A DNA stretch of 64,000 bases from Chiloscyllium plagiosum (GCF_004010195.1 NC_057718.1:60506137-60570136), one strand, 5' to 3'. Positions 51,551-64,000 are shown, counted from the first letter of the stretch. The notes: a model not told the origin generated them from the sequence alone. A program made the numbers and translations.

Positions 51551-51801
51551 GCTTTTGTGTCCACCGTGAGAGAGTCAGTGGATGCAGACCGCCCACCTCA
51601 GCGGGACAAGTTAGACTTGCCCCCCAGGGACAGTCCTTCTCCCGAGGATTTCGAGTTCTGCAACCCCATTTACTTGTGACCAGTCGAACGGGAAACAAAA
51701 AACAGATAACAACACGAACCACCACAGACAGGACGAACATGTGAAAAAAGCACTCAGGACAAAACACTGGACAAATGAACAAGACAAACACAGGCACCCT
51801 G

Positions 51802-52190
51802 GTCAATTTCACAAGGTCTGCTTACAAGGTTTATTGGAAATGGGACATTTCTCCAACAGTTTGGTATAGTTGGCAGGATCCCTTGTTCACAACAGGGCTC
51901 CAGAGCAAACCTAAATGTTTAAGAATTTGGCCAATTGCGTGATCCTGACCTGAGCCAGCGGGCAGATCCTAAGTTGGGGATAGATGCTACAGCAAGACGC
52001 AAGACCGGAAAGATTGCCTCTCTACATTTCTAAATTTTTCTAAATTTTTTCCTAAAATTCAGCTGACTGCATAGCCCCACCCTGAGCCAACAGGCTGATC
52101 CTAAGTTGGGAAGTGACGCCAAGGCAAGACGGGACCTTGGAAAGACCGCTGCTGAGCAGTAATTCATGTTCAAAATGGTTTCCCTTCTCC
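51802..52190 (+). mobile_element. ERV U5-PBS-leader block, oriented opposite to gag
   Basis: U5 (46/52 identical to the reverse complement of 48822-48873) ending CAACA, then the PBS, then about 70-bp direct repeats at 51949-52018 and 52081-52150. Confidence 0.75.
51862..51879 (+). promoter_or_regulatory. Primer-binding site complementary to the tRNA-Ser 3' end
   Basis: tggtatagttggcaggat vs TGGCGTAGTCGGCAGGAT: 15/18, all three mismatches at CpG positions; begins after a 3-nt gap following the LTR-terminal CA. Confidence 0.85.
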
Positions 52191-52904
52191 GATCGTTGTT
52201 TATTCTAAATAAAGTAATTGCTCGATTACATTGTAAGACTGAAGAAGGTGATAAAAGAGCATTCAATATTTGCAAGTAAGTTGTCTTTATTTTCCAAGCT
52301 GATTAAAATACACTTGTATGATCACTAGGAGTATAATGTCCACTCCCATGGAATCATATTCTTTGTCTGTCCTTCAAACAAGGCTAAGCTGTGAGCCCTC
52401 GGACCCCCTTGTGATATTGTCAGGCAGATGAAGAAGACTTGAAGAATCTCTCATTGAAACTTGTGCAATATAGATTATTATCGTGATGTTTGGTGTTAAA
52501 GGCACTTTTAGAAGGGAGCTAATGCAGATGTAACCAGTAACAATGAGTAAATGCATATCTTTGTTTCATTGCCAAAATAGGAGAAACAAAACATCATAAA
52601 CTTTGTGTGCTTAACGAAACAGAACTCTGGAATTTGCCTTCAGAGTGTTGTGCTATCTGTTATTTCATCTACACTTCATCTGGAGCTCTGAAACAGAACA
52701 GTATAGGGATTGTATACAAACATATCAAAAACATTACTGTACATTATGTTATTAACTAGGTTAATTAGCAAATTGGCATTCTAACCACTAACATGGTTAT
52801 TTCATTGAGGAAATACAACTGAAGATTTGTTAGTTATATAAAACTCTCTACCTAGTTCTGCCGTACCTTAAACAATTTTCTCACGCCTGTTCGTCAGCAC
52901 CTTG

Positions 52905-53283
52905 TGGGGTTATAAAATCATGAGGGGCATGTTTAGGATAAATAGACAAAGTTTTTCCTTTGGTTCGGGGCATCCAGAACAAGAAGACATAGGTTGAGGG
53001 TGAGAGGGGAAAGATAGAAAAGAGATCTAAGGGGCAACTTTTTCATGCAGAGGGTGGTGCGTGTATGGAATGAACTGCCAGAGGAAGTGGTGAAGGCTGG
53101 TACAATTGCAACATTTGAAAGGCATCTGGATGGGTATATGAATAGGAAGGGTTTGGAGGGATATGGGCCAGGTGCTGGAAGACGGGACTAGATTGGGTTG
53201 GGATATCTGGTTGGCATGGACAAGTTAGACCGAAGGGTCTGTTTCCATGCTGTACATCTCTATGACTCTATCTATGACTCTAT
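52905..53283 (+). mobile_element. CR1 3' fragment
   Basis: Matches 1210-1580; ends tctatgactctatctatgactc. Confidence 0.92.
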
Positions 53284-53319
53284 ATTATCAGAATTCTGAG
53301 AAACTAAGCTCCCACCCAA

Positions 53320-53797
53320 GCCACTCACCATCCAGACCTGGAAATATACCACTGTTTGTTCACTGTAGCAGTGTAAAAATCCTGGAATTCCACCCCCACC
53401 ATTGTGGGTTTACCTACAGCATATGGACTAAAGTGTTTCATGAAGGCAGTTCACCAACATCTTCTCAAGAGCAGGTAGGGACAGGCAGTAAATGTTGGTC
53501 CAACCAGAAGTGTCCACATCCCATGAGTGAATGAAACAAATGGGAGAATGAGAAAACTTCATGAATATCACTGATTAATTCATAATTGATCACACTCAAC
53601 GCATTATGAGAAAACATTTTACAAATTAGTTTGTTAGTCTTGCTTACAGTGAAACAATTGATGATGCATATGTGGGAGTACTTACATCAGGTAGATGGCA
53701 GCAGTTCAAAAAGGCAGTTCATAACTACCTTCTCAGGGACAAGGAATGCTAGCCTAGTCAGTGGAGACCACATTCCATGAATGAATAAAATAAAAAT
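53320..53797 (+). mobile_element. Two 3'-tail fragments of a further non-LTR element (53320-53540 and 53695-53797)
   Basis: Shared aaggcagttca..cttctca..ccacat.ccatga.tgaa motif with A-rich end; antisense relatives near 38245-38360, 57715-57800 and 62490-63070. Confidence 0.6.
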
Positions 53798-56296
53798 CAT
53801 TCAGAAATACCATACTTGCTTTTTAGTTGTACAATGTATTGATATACTTCATGGGTTAGCATTTTACACTCCACCGCCATTGGGACCAAAGGCAGAGAGC
53901 ACATAACATTTCAACCAATTGGCCTTCCTGCTGCTTGACCTGTCTGAAATGTCATGGGTGCACAAGCAGGTCATTGGGCAACCTGCTCACTTTGGGCCTT
54001 TTCAGATTTTTAAGTGGCCATTTAAAGGCCACATTTTTCACCCTCTTGAATTTTAACTGTGATGGGTGTGGCTCATACCACATAGGAACCCATCCAAAAC
54101 ATTACCTTGTCCTTTACTCCCGTTCAGCCCGCCTCTCAAAGCTGGCTCCTATTATTCTGCACATCCCACACTGATGCCTGCCAGCCTGACCCCACTTGAC
54201 AAGATATGAGAATACATCTGAGTCTGGGCTCCTCTTTGCCTGTACTGGGCAGGGGCCAGGGCCTACTGTGTCCTGTTAAATCCAGCCTCAAGGCATGTTT
54301 TTAGATGTTATGGATGCCTTCAATGATTAAGGATATCCCTCAGGCAATGACTTACTTCATATTATTTATCATAAATATATAAAAAGACTGTTAAATACCT
54401 AATGGAACAGAAGGGAAATGAGGTAGCAAGGAAATATGATTATCTGGTCATAGCACAAAACCAACGGATCGGCTTACTATTATAAAACAAATCTCCTCCA
54501 TCCCCACCTGCTGCAGCCCCATTTCTCTTAGCATTGCGTGTCACTGAAAGGAAATTCAAACAAGGTACATAACAAACTGTCACCGATCTAACTCCCTTCC
54601 TGAAGCTAGATTTCACTCCCAGCCAGTGTTTAAATTATTCATGTAGGGATATTTTTTCTCCTTTGGGCACAACTGATGTTCCAGGAACAAATTGTGCCAG
54701 TTTTGAAGAGTGCTTCTTCTGACCTTCAGTTTCCACTCAAACTCTTTCACGTATCGTCCATCGCAAAATCTATTGTGAATCAGTACAATTGGGCAGCATT
54801 TTAAAAAGATATAGATTTTAATTACAAAAATTTGGCTTAAAGAATAGTCCTTGACATACTTTAGAGTAGTAACTTAGTGCTGGTTAATTACTGCACTGGA
54901 AAATTAGTTTATCAGAGAGAGAAAAAGAACAGTGTTGATCCATAACCTGTGAATAATCAAATTTTGAATGATTGAAAATGAGTTTTAAAAGCATGCAGAC
55001 ATATTTGTCAGTTAGAGTGGGAAATCATAGTCAGTTCTTTAGTGAAAAGTTGTATTAAGGCATTTTAAAACATACCTATTCATATCCTTGGACACAAAAG
55101 AGCCAATTTCATTGTTAGAGTCTCCTTGAAGGCTGGAAACTGAGCAGTTAGAACAAATGCCCTCGCATGATGAATTAAATCTAGGGGAACAGCCAGTGTT
55201 CTGGATGGGATCAACCAGATACTTTTAAATATCTCAACCTGATACTTTTTTTAAAAAAATTGCAGAAACCTGATGTACACTGAGTGGAATTTGTGTTTAA
55301 AATTCTGTGATCTTTCAAGAATGCTAAACTTATTTTATGCAATTTGTAGCAAAAACGCGTCAAGAAATAAATCCAGCAGAAAAGGGCAGCATTTGCCTAT
55401 CATGTTTGTTGTAAAGCAAAAGGTGGGTAAATATACCCTGACTAACAGTTTGTGGTAACGTTTTTTCAACTCAAACACGTTACACGTAAGTTGGAGAAAG
55501 GAAACAAGATTTAGGGGAAGGTCCAACACAAAGTTATTGAACACTTTATCAAGAAAAACAACGTTTACCAGGCTTTACAACAGTACTTCAATTAAACTCT
55601 ATCAAACTGTATTGACCTCTTCACAGGACTCTTCAGTAAATTGTTTTAAATCTCTAAGTAAACAGTCTCGAATCTACATTAGTTATTTACTTCCACTTCT
55701 GTGGATTCGCTATAACCTATTCAAAAGTGCCTATTGCTATTACTGAACTGCGTGCCTGAGAAAGAACTGATAATACCATTCAACAAGCCGATCCTCAGTC
55801 TTTGAGGGTTGGTTGATGCTTCAGGATCTGCAGTCATTGACTTGGACTTCCCCTCTTCTCTAAGGCTGGTTCTAGTGTTGGGGTTGCCTCATTGAGATGG
55901 TCTTCCTGGGTCTGATCAGTCTGATGATGTTCATCACAAGGTACAAGGAGCTGCAGATATTGTAAAGCACGGCTGCCAATTGAAGGTGCTCTTTGGAGAT
56001 GCTATTGATGAAAGCACAAAAAAATCACAGCAAGCTGGAGCTCCTTTTTGCCACTTTTGCGCCCCCCTCCCAACTTTGCATCTTCCTCAACAATTCTGTG
56101 GCCTGTGTCCAAATTTTAAATTATCTTAAACACCTAATTTAGATAATCTCTTTATCTTCTACAATCAACAGCACAATCTTGGTTTACGCACTTTTACCCC
56201 AGTATTATTCTACTGAATCTCTGCTGCATCTACTCCAAGGCCAGTATGTCCTTCATACATTTCAGTCTTGAAAACTGTTCACACAGTATTCCATTT

Positions 56297-56403
56297 GGAG
56301 AAAGTGAGGACTGCAGATGAGGACTGCAGATGCATTCTTCAGGAATGCATCCCGAAGAAGGGCTTATGCCCGAAACGTCGATTCTCCTGCTCCTTGGATG
56401 CTG
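56297..56403. mobile_element. Rearranged Penelope terminal remnant with a degenerate hammerhead core
   Basis: ggagaaagtgaggactgcaga (13-bp tandem duplication), then cCGAAGA-a-GGGC(ttat)GCCC-GAAA-C-GTC-gattctcc. Confidence 0.8.
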
Positions 56404-58518
56404 TATTCCATGTTTGATCAAAGCAGGGCTTCGCATAGCTATAACGTAACCTCTATCCTCTATAACATTGTTATTTGAACTTTTTGGATAGACCAGTTAA
56501 CTTAAAGTCCAATGACTCAATTTTCAGAAATATTTGTACAAGTGATTGTGCTTTCTAACATGGCAGTGGTAGCAGTGCAGTGTCAACAGCACATTATTTG
56601 AAGAAGTGTTAATCATCAACAGGAGCTCCTGGATTTCCACATTTAACTACATATTTGTGGACTCCATAAGTTCTTGACGGTTCCACAGAAGTAGCAGCAC
56701 TGAACACAAAGTATTGTTCTCACTACTACTGCAAAACTGAAGCCAAAGTAAATTTTTAGTAAGTCTGTCAGTTGCTGATTTTCCAATGCAATATGATCTG
56801 GGTCTATCATTAAGCTGCCTACATTACAGTAACTGAGCACTTTCTTTATCTTACTCTATTTTGGAAAATACATGAGCATTGTCCTTGATAAGCCTCAGAG
56901 AATTTTCCCATATTACCTTAGAGCAGCTTTTGCAACTTGCTTTATATCCCTTCAGCATCTTTTTTTATGTCTCTTAATCTGGAGAATTTCTACTGCTCTA
57001 TGGCCCTCTACAAGTCTTTTCACTTGGTTTTAAACTATTTGTCACTTCTTTCATTAACCAACATTGTTTAATTCCATAAAAACAGTATGCACATGATTTG
57101 TATTCTACCAAATGAAGTTTTGTAAAGTAATACTACATTCATAAAAGTTCTAAATAACACTTCATTACAAATTACTATTTCCAAAAGAGCAATATAGGTT
57201 TTTTTTTTTGCATGCTATGTGGATTTTAAAACGCATCATTACAATTGACAGTACACATGATATTTATGATATATATTCCATGACAGGGATAAAGTTCAAG
57301 GGTTTTGATACAGTTCTGAGTGCCTCGCTGTGATCTTTCTCCATTGAGCCATTGTAGCAGTTGCCCCAAGCTTTGGTGCATCACTCAGCAATGAAGTACT
57401 GGATCTTGGAATGTGACAAACTGCAACATTTAGTTGTGAAAAACCCTTTTAGCTAAGTGACTTATTAGTTCCGAAACCCTTGGCCATTAAAATCACTAAA
57501 CAAAGAGCAATATGTTTTACTAAATCTAAGAGTGCCTGTTCTCTTGTCAATTCCAGAACATACTGTTCAAGAAAACTATTCGAATTCACATAGTTCTGCT
57601 TTCCTCAAACACTGAAAATTAAAGTCTCCCCAGTGTCAACACTGAGTACACCCAACAATGTGTATGAACCGTAACTTTAAAAGAGGCATTCTTTGTGCCA
57701 ACTTTACTTAATTTTTCACATTTGTTCTTTGGGTAAGAGTTTTTCTGGAACAAATTGCCCATCCCTAAGTTGCCTTTCAAAAGGTCTAAAGCGTTCTAAA
57801 ACCACTACAGTCTATGTGATGTCAATTTACCCACAGTGCTTTCTTTCTACTGCACTTTGATACACATGTGTGGCTTCCTATACTATTTCAGAGGGTCAGT
57901 TAGAGTCAAGCGCTCTTCGTACAGATTATGAAATTTCCTGTAGATAAGCAGATTTCCTCCCCTGATGGAGACCAGTGAACCAGATGGGTTTTATGACAAT
58001 CTGGTAGTTTTATGATTATAAAGTAGCATTTCATTGCAAATGTATTAATTATTTAAATTCAAGTGCCCCCAGCTGCCAAGGTGGAATTTGAACCTGAATT
58101 TCCTGAGCATTAATCCAGAGCAGTAACACTGCCATAATATAACCATCCTCCTTAAGGCTATCTTGAATGCCATGAACAATTAATGCCCACATGAAGGCAG
58201 TTTAAACCTAATGCTGCAAGGGAATGGTTGGGCATTGTCAAAATCGCTTTACATAGCACCTTCACATCTGCAGATGAAGAAAATTGACACTCCATCAATC
58301 TGGGTTGAGTGGAAGTCCAATGACTAAACTACTGTGTCCAGGGTAAAATAAATATAACATGGATCCAAAGTATTTCTTTATATGGAGTGTTAAAATTTGA
58401 GAATGATTAACAAGCTAAACTAATGGAATCAAAGATATTTGAGTCTTAAAAAAGCAGTTTGTTCTCAGTGGTGAGGGAGAAATTTAATGGACAGGATGAC
58501 ATTTTCTTATTTTCTTTT

Positions 58519-58666
58519 CCTCAGAGCCAGCTCTCAGATTGAACAGAACCCCTGACACTTCTGTGTATCTTTTTTTCTTTTTTTTCTTTTCTCCCTTCCC
58601 TAACACAAAAGTCCAGCTCCCTTAGAGCCAGCTCTCAGAGTGAACAGAATCCCTGACACTCCTGTT
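58519..58666. repeat. Two direct copies (about 46 bp, period about 101 bp) separated by a T-rich tract
   Basis: agagccagctctcaga(t/g)tgaacagaa(c/t)ccctgacact(t/c)ctgt at about 58523 and 58624. Confidence 0.85.
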
Positions 58667-61169
58667 CTTTTTTCTTCCTTCCTTTTGACATTTTCTTATA
58701 TTCTTGTGTCTGATCTGTAAAACAGAAGAAGAATTAGTACCAAGACTTCAATTAATTTTGGTGTGCAGCAAAACACCTATTCCAACCCCTGCCCTATGTC
58801 CATCCTGGACCTTGCTCAGATTTGGACATGGCAATATGTGTAAGAGACTAGTCGTGCCTTGAAGTTCATTGAACATATTGTGCACATTTGACTTTGAACA
58901 TTGTTCTTCCTTGTTAAGCTAACAAGGACCTTTTCAGTAGGTAGAATGGGACAGTGGGCTGAGTTGTGGATTCATGTTACAGCTTTTGTTCATAATACTG
59001 AATGGTTCACTATTACTGCAACTAATCGATGGCTGCCAATATTGGGTACTTAGGAAGTGGTTAACCACAATTATTCCCAAATAAAAGACATTTTGAATAG
59101 AGTTGATTATTAATTTGTTATGGTTGAACATGAATAATAAATGAAATTAATCTGACTTTATGTACATACTGGCAAAAATACAAAAGGCTATTTTGTCAAA
59201 TATCCAACTGCCATATAGGCAGTTTTCCAAAATATAAACTTGGCTAAGGATCCATGCTTCACTTACTGAAATCCTACTTTATCAAGTATGTTTCATTACA
59301 ATATTCCCTGCTAACCTGACTAAAGTTACATGTAATTTGAACTGAGCAACATTATTAATTAATTTGGACATCATCACAGTGGACTCTTTGATGCCACCCT
59401 CAAATGACTTTGAGGTATAAAGAACCAGGGCCATTGAGAAGAATTTCAACATTGTTGTGTTTGCATCACCCGCGTGATGGGAACTCAATACGCATGCACA
59501 TTGAGGGAGTGGAATCCACTTGTATTTGGAAAACAATAGAATAAACAAATGGTATACACAAGTCAATGTTATCAGCTATGCTATGGGGAGGCGGACCGTG
59601 TAAAACTTTGTTGGTGGCTAGCAGGAATGAAATGAAGATGTTTCACTGTGTAAGGAGAATCTTAGTGAGCTGCCTTATGCAGTATTGCAAGGCAAACTAC
59701 AAGATCTTGTTCATATTTTCCGCAGCAACATGGAAAAAGCCAGACACTTGAAAACTGATTTCCCCATCACCTCTAGAGAGGTTCAGGCAGTGTGGTCCAT
59801 GTCCTATTTTGATGATCCAACTTACAATGTCATAAAATATCAGATTCCATGTTTTTATGTGAAAGACAGATGTCTCAAGCATTCATCCTGAAGTTGATGT
59901 AAGAACATTGCTGCCTGAAGTTCTTTGGTAGCAATTTTCTTTCTGCTCTCCCTTGTTCTTTCACCAGCAGCTCATCCCACTGTACATGGTCTCTGTTCAT
60001 TCTTTCAATGTTAAGAATCACACAACACCAGGTTATAGTCCATCAGGTTTATTTGGAAGCACTAGCTTTGGAAGCACCGCTCCTTCTTTCAATCATCCTC
60101 GATTCCAGATGGAAGAATGTAATGAGTCAACAAAGTCTGGAAGTGATGTTTTTCAACACAAGCTTTTGATTGATCAAAACAAAAAGCCAGGTCACTCCCT
60201 GTAGATTACTGTTACTTTGTGCAAATACATAAAATCTCTACTGCATACAATTGCACTAACGCTGAGAAGAAATAGCACTGTAACTAACCTGTGATTGCTG
60301 TATGATTTCTTTAAGCAGCACCAGTGGGACCTTCTTCACACCATTTAATATTGTGTTCAGCTGTGTGAGGTTCCGACAGGATAAGCTGGAGCATGGTGTT
60401 TGGAAATGATCATGATGACATCAGATCAGCATTGTATACTTATTAACCCAATAATGCGCCTGTTTCTATGCTGTTTATGGTCATTAGGTGCGTGCACATA
60501 AAGCTCTTTACTGAGATACTATTCAGTACATTTCCCAATGGAAATATACATGTACATCTAAGAAAACATTTTCAAGCATTAGGAGACTATGTAGCACATA
60601 TGAAAAACACTACAAAATTCAATTTAGACCCTTAGATCAGAAATGAAAAGATAAACGTATTTAACAGTAAACAAGTAAATGAACAGCATTCAGAGCAAGT
60701 AACATATTTACAGTTATTTCAAACTATTTTCCTTGAAGTGTCAAAACAACAAAGACACTTCTCTTGCGCTAATTCTTAGCATAAAATTGATCCTTGAAAC
60801 ACAATCACTCACTTCTCTTATGATGCCATGTTACCATGGAGTCATGACCTAACTCGATATTTTTGCTGGTTTCAGAATGAAGGCTGACTGGGATCAAGTC
60901 AGCCACATATATCTCATTTAAAATCATTTGAATATAAAATGAAACAAATGACAATAAAAACTGCATCCATATTAGCCACTTCAGGTGGTCAGCTTTTCAG
61001 ATTTCAAACGCAATATTGATAAACTAGCATGTGGGTCAGGAGATTGAATTGAATAGCTGGGCTACTTAAACATATCGATGTAATCAAACCACCTAGTTTC
61101 ATAGCAGCCACTTGTAGTCACACTACTTATTCATCTGGGTTTGCATATATATTAACTAGGAAAGGTTCT

Positions 61170-62365
61170 GTTGAATTTCCTTTTACTGTCAACAATGAGA
61201 AACATCAAACAGGAGAGGGATACAACCCATTTACAGAAAGATGCTGATAGATTAGATTCCCTACAGTATGGAAACAGGCCCTTCGGCCCAACACGTCCAC
61301 ACCAACCCTCTGAAGAGTAACCCACCCAAACCAATTCCCCTAGCCTATGTTTACCCCTGACTAATGCACCTAACATTATGGGCAATTTAGCATGGCAAAT
61401 TCACCTAACCCGCACATCTTTGGATGGTGGGAGGAAACTAGGGCACTGGGAGGAAACCCACACAGACACGGGGAGAATATACAAACTTCACAGAGGCAGT
61501 CACCCAAGATGGGACTCGAACCCGGGTCCTTGGCGCTGTGAGGCAACAGTGCTAGCCACTGAGCCACCGTGCCACCCAAAGGTTAAGTAACTGGGCAAAA
61601 AAGGTTGGCAAATGGAATATAATGTGGGAAAATGTGAAGTTGTTCATTTTGAAAGGGAGAACAAAAGAACAGAATTTTATTTAAATGGAGAAAAAATGCA
61701 GAAAGCAGCAACACAAAGGGACTTAGGTGCACTGGTGCCCAAAGTACAGAAAGCTAGCACACAGATGCAGCAGGTAATCAGGAAGGCTAATGAAATTTTA
61801 GCCCTTGTTTCAAGAAGGTTGGAGTGTAAGTGTAAATATGTCTTACTGCAACTGTACAAAATGTGAGTGAGACACATCTGGAGTAATATGAGCAGTTTCT
61901 GTCCCCTCATCTGCAGAGAGATATTGTTTCATTAGGGGCAGTTCATAGAAAGTTCACTAGGATGGTCTCCAGTATAGAGGAATTGTGTTATGATCAAAGG
62001 TTAAACAGGTTGGGAACCTACTCACCAAAATTCAAAAGACTGAGAGATGATCTCATTAAAATACATAGGATTCTCAATGGGACTTGACAGGACAACTGCT
62101 GAGAGGATGTTTCTCATTTGGTGAGAATTAAGGACTAATTTAAGACTGAAATGAAGAGGAATATCTTCTCTCAGAGGTTTGCAAGTCTTTGGAACTCCTT
62201 GCCACAGAGAGCTGTGGTAGCAGAGTCCTTGTGTATATTTAAGGCTGAGATAGATTCTTGATCGGTAGGGGAATCAAGGGTTACACGAAAAAAGTAGGAA
62301 TATTGACATGAGGAATGTCAGATCAGCCATGTCCTATTGAATGGTGGGGCAGGCTCGAGGGATGA
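61170..62365 (+). mobile_element. CR1 3' fragment interrupted by a SINE
   Basis: LQKDAD|RLSNWA split by the SINE; ORF 61612-61866 (YNVGKCEVVHF..RDLGALV..IRKANEIL); tail gatcagccatg..gaatggtggggcaggctcgagg. Confidence 0.88.
61248..61578 (-). mobile_element. HE1-type tRNA-derived SINE
   Basis: Minus strand ggtggcacggtggctcagtggctagc (A box), ggttcgagtcc (B box), CR1-like tail. Confidence 0.92.
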
Positions 62366-62489
62366 AATAAAAACTAAACTTCTAACAATTTAATAAAACT
62401 GTGAATTCTAATTTACCATCATTCATGCTGGAAAGAAAACGATCTACGAGTGCAAACAAAAGTGACCTTTAAGTGTCGTTGTCTTTATT

Positions 62490-63070
62490 GATTGCTGGCT
62501 GCCCAGCACTTATTATCCAGCCCTTGTTCCCCTGTAAAAAGTGGTGTTGACCTTCCTTCTTGAACTGCTGCAGTCAATGGGGAGTAGGTACACCTATAGT
62601 GCTGTTAGGAATAGAATTCTAGGAGATTGACTACATGACAGTGAGATAGTAATATTATAGACCCAAGTCAGGATGATCTATCGCTTAAAGGGGAAAATGC
62701 AGGTGATGGTATTTCCATTCATCTGCTGCCTTTGACCATCCAGATAGTAGGGAGTGCAGCTTTGGAATTTGCCTTTGAAAAGCCTTGGTGAATTGACATG
62801 GTGCACCTTGTAGATAGTATACATGGTACTACCAATAGATCAGATGCCAATCAAAAGGGTTCATTGTTCTGGATAATACCGATTTTCTTGATCCAGGAAA
62901 GTGATGTGTCTTCTATTAGACTCCTAAATTGTGCCTTCTGAGTTGTGGAGATGCTTTGGAACGTCAGATGGTGAGTTACATGCCTCAGAGTTCTGATCTG
63001 CTGCTGTAGTCACCGTACTTATCCAGGTTGGTTTCTGGTTAACCGCAAACCCAAGGATGTTGATAGTTTG
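62490..63070 (-). mobile_element. Decayed non-LTR retroelement 3' fragment
   Basis: Begins ggctgcccagcacttatt..cccttg..ccttcttgaactgctgc, antisense to the tail motif at 53320-53797. Confidence 0.55.
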
Positions 63071-64000
63071 TAAACAATTGGGATCAAAATACAGTATTTT
63101 TTTTACAGCTTTGTAATAGTGTTAATCATTCTTGGCTACTTGCTGTGCTGAAGCTATTAGTCTGAAACCCAGTCAAGCACTCATAATGGCTAGAGCCATC
63201 ATAACAAAAGACACCTTAGAAAATGTTGTTTAAAGTTTTTACAATGCGTTTTAACACATAACCACCAGTTTCAGCCCAATATTAAAATGAAATCATTTCT
63301 ATAATGTGTGGCTTGATAACAGCCTGTTAAGCAATGGAGAGGAGCGGGTAAGGATAATGTTTGCAACTTTCAAAGGATTTTTTTTTAAGATGTGTAGCTA
63401 TCAGTCAATTTAAATCACAGCTACAAAATATAACTGCAGAGCCTGCAGGAGCATTTTTTTTCAAAAACATTGCATTATGACATTTTCTTAAAAGGAAAAG
63501 GTACTGTAATACATGGCAATTGCACAATGATGATCAATGTAAGAGTTAACCTACCTTTACAGGTCAGATCTCTATGATAAATTGTTACCCTAAATTACAT
63601 CTGTATTGCAACACAGCATCTATTGGTAGAATTTGAAGGTGTCAAAAACTTTTACACATACCTTTAGAATGTTCCCGACTCCTCAGTAGGCTTCCTCCAG
63701 TGGTCATGAACTCTTTGAAGAAAGTACAAGTCTTTAGAGACTCCAAAACTTGCGTGATCATGTGAAAATTGTACACAGGAGGATATGAAATTTCCCTTCA
63801 CAATTGGGGCCCTAACATTGGAAGACCTGTATCTGTATTTTGCATTAAAGACTTTCCAAATCTGTGAAAAGGACACAATATAATTGCATTGGATCAGGAA
63901 GGTAGGAGAAAATTGTTTCTCCAGCACAAAATTAAAGTTAAGTCCAAAATCTCCTGACCCATTTTGTGCATCAACTGGCAGACAAAATTGAACCCAATAT

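Noticed and set aside
50751..51812. 353-aa ORF as an intact host or viral gene
   Set aside because: It starts in the leader/inversion junction and stops mid-capsid; downstream Gag is broken.
48822..51853. The 52-bp inverted repeat as DNA-transposon TIRs or a U5-leader pairing element
   Set aside because: The right copy is followed directly by CAACA and a tRNA-Ser PBS, so it is a U5 copy in inverted orientation.
60010..60090. Additional hammerhead motif
   Set aside because: Homologous to 49030-49110 but truncated and mutated; CUGAUGA and GAAA are lost.
63662..63861. 200-bp minus-strand segment with good acceptor and donor as a coding exon
   Set aside because: The only long frame stops 2 nt before the donor, the other frames stop early, and the peptide is unrecognised. 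It could still be a non-coding or terminal exon.
1..64000. CRISPR array, operon or other prokaryotic system
   Set aside because: No regularly spaced repeat-spacer array or gene-dense organisation; the content is vertebrate retroelement DNA.

Overview
Vertebrate, repeat-dense non-coding DNA. The repeat content (CR1/HER1-type LINEs with SGNH-esterase ORF1, tRNA-derived HE1-type SINEs, Penelope-like elements) points to an elasmobranch (shark) genome; this is inference. I recognise no intact host protein-coding gene. Most ORFs in the track are decayed transposon fragments or chance ORFs. Positions 1-26.3 kb and 38-53.8 kb are nested retroelements: CR1, L2, Rex1/Babar, Tx1-like, Penelope, Harbinger-like and Gypsy-like. 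Positions 27-38 kb and 54-61 kb are mostly AT-rich unique or ancient sequence. Three things stand out. (1) Several Penelope-derived inserts carry minimal hammerhead-ribozyme motifs with covarying stems, and some are short hairpin-shaped non-autonomous inserts with target-site duplications. (2) A rearranged class I (epsilon-like) endogenous retrovirus (gag-pro-partial RT, partial LTR, tRNA-Ser PBS) has its U5-PBS-leader block flipped relative to gag. (3) Three CR1 copies contain locally templated duplications or inversions. All calls come from reading the sequence by eye; no searches were run.
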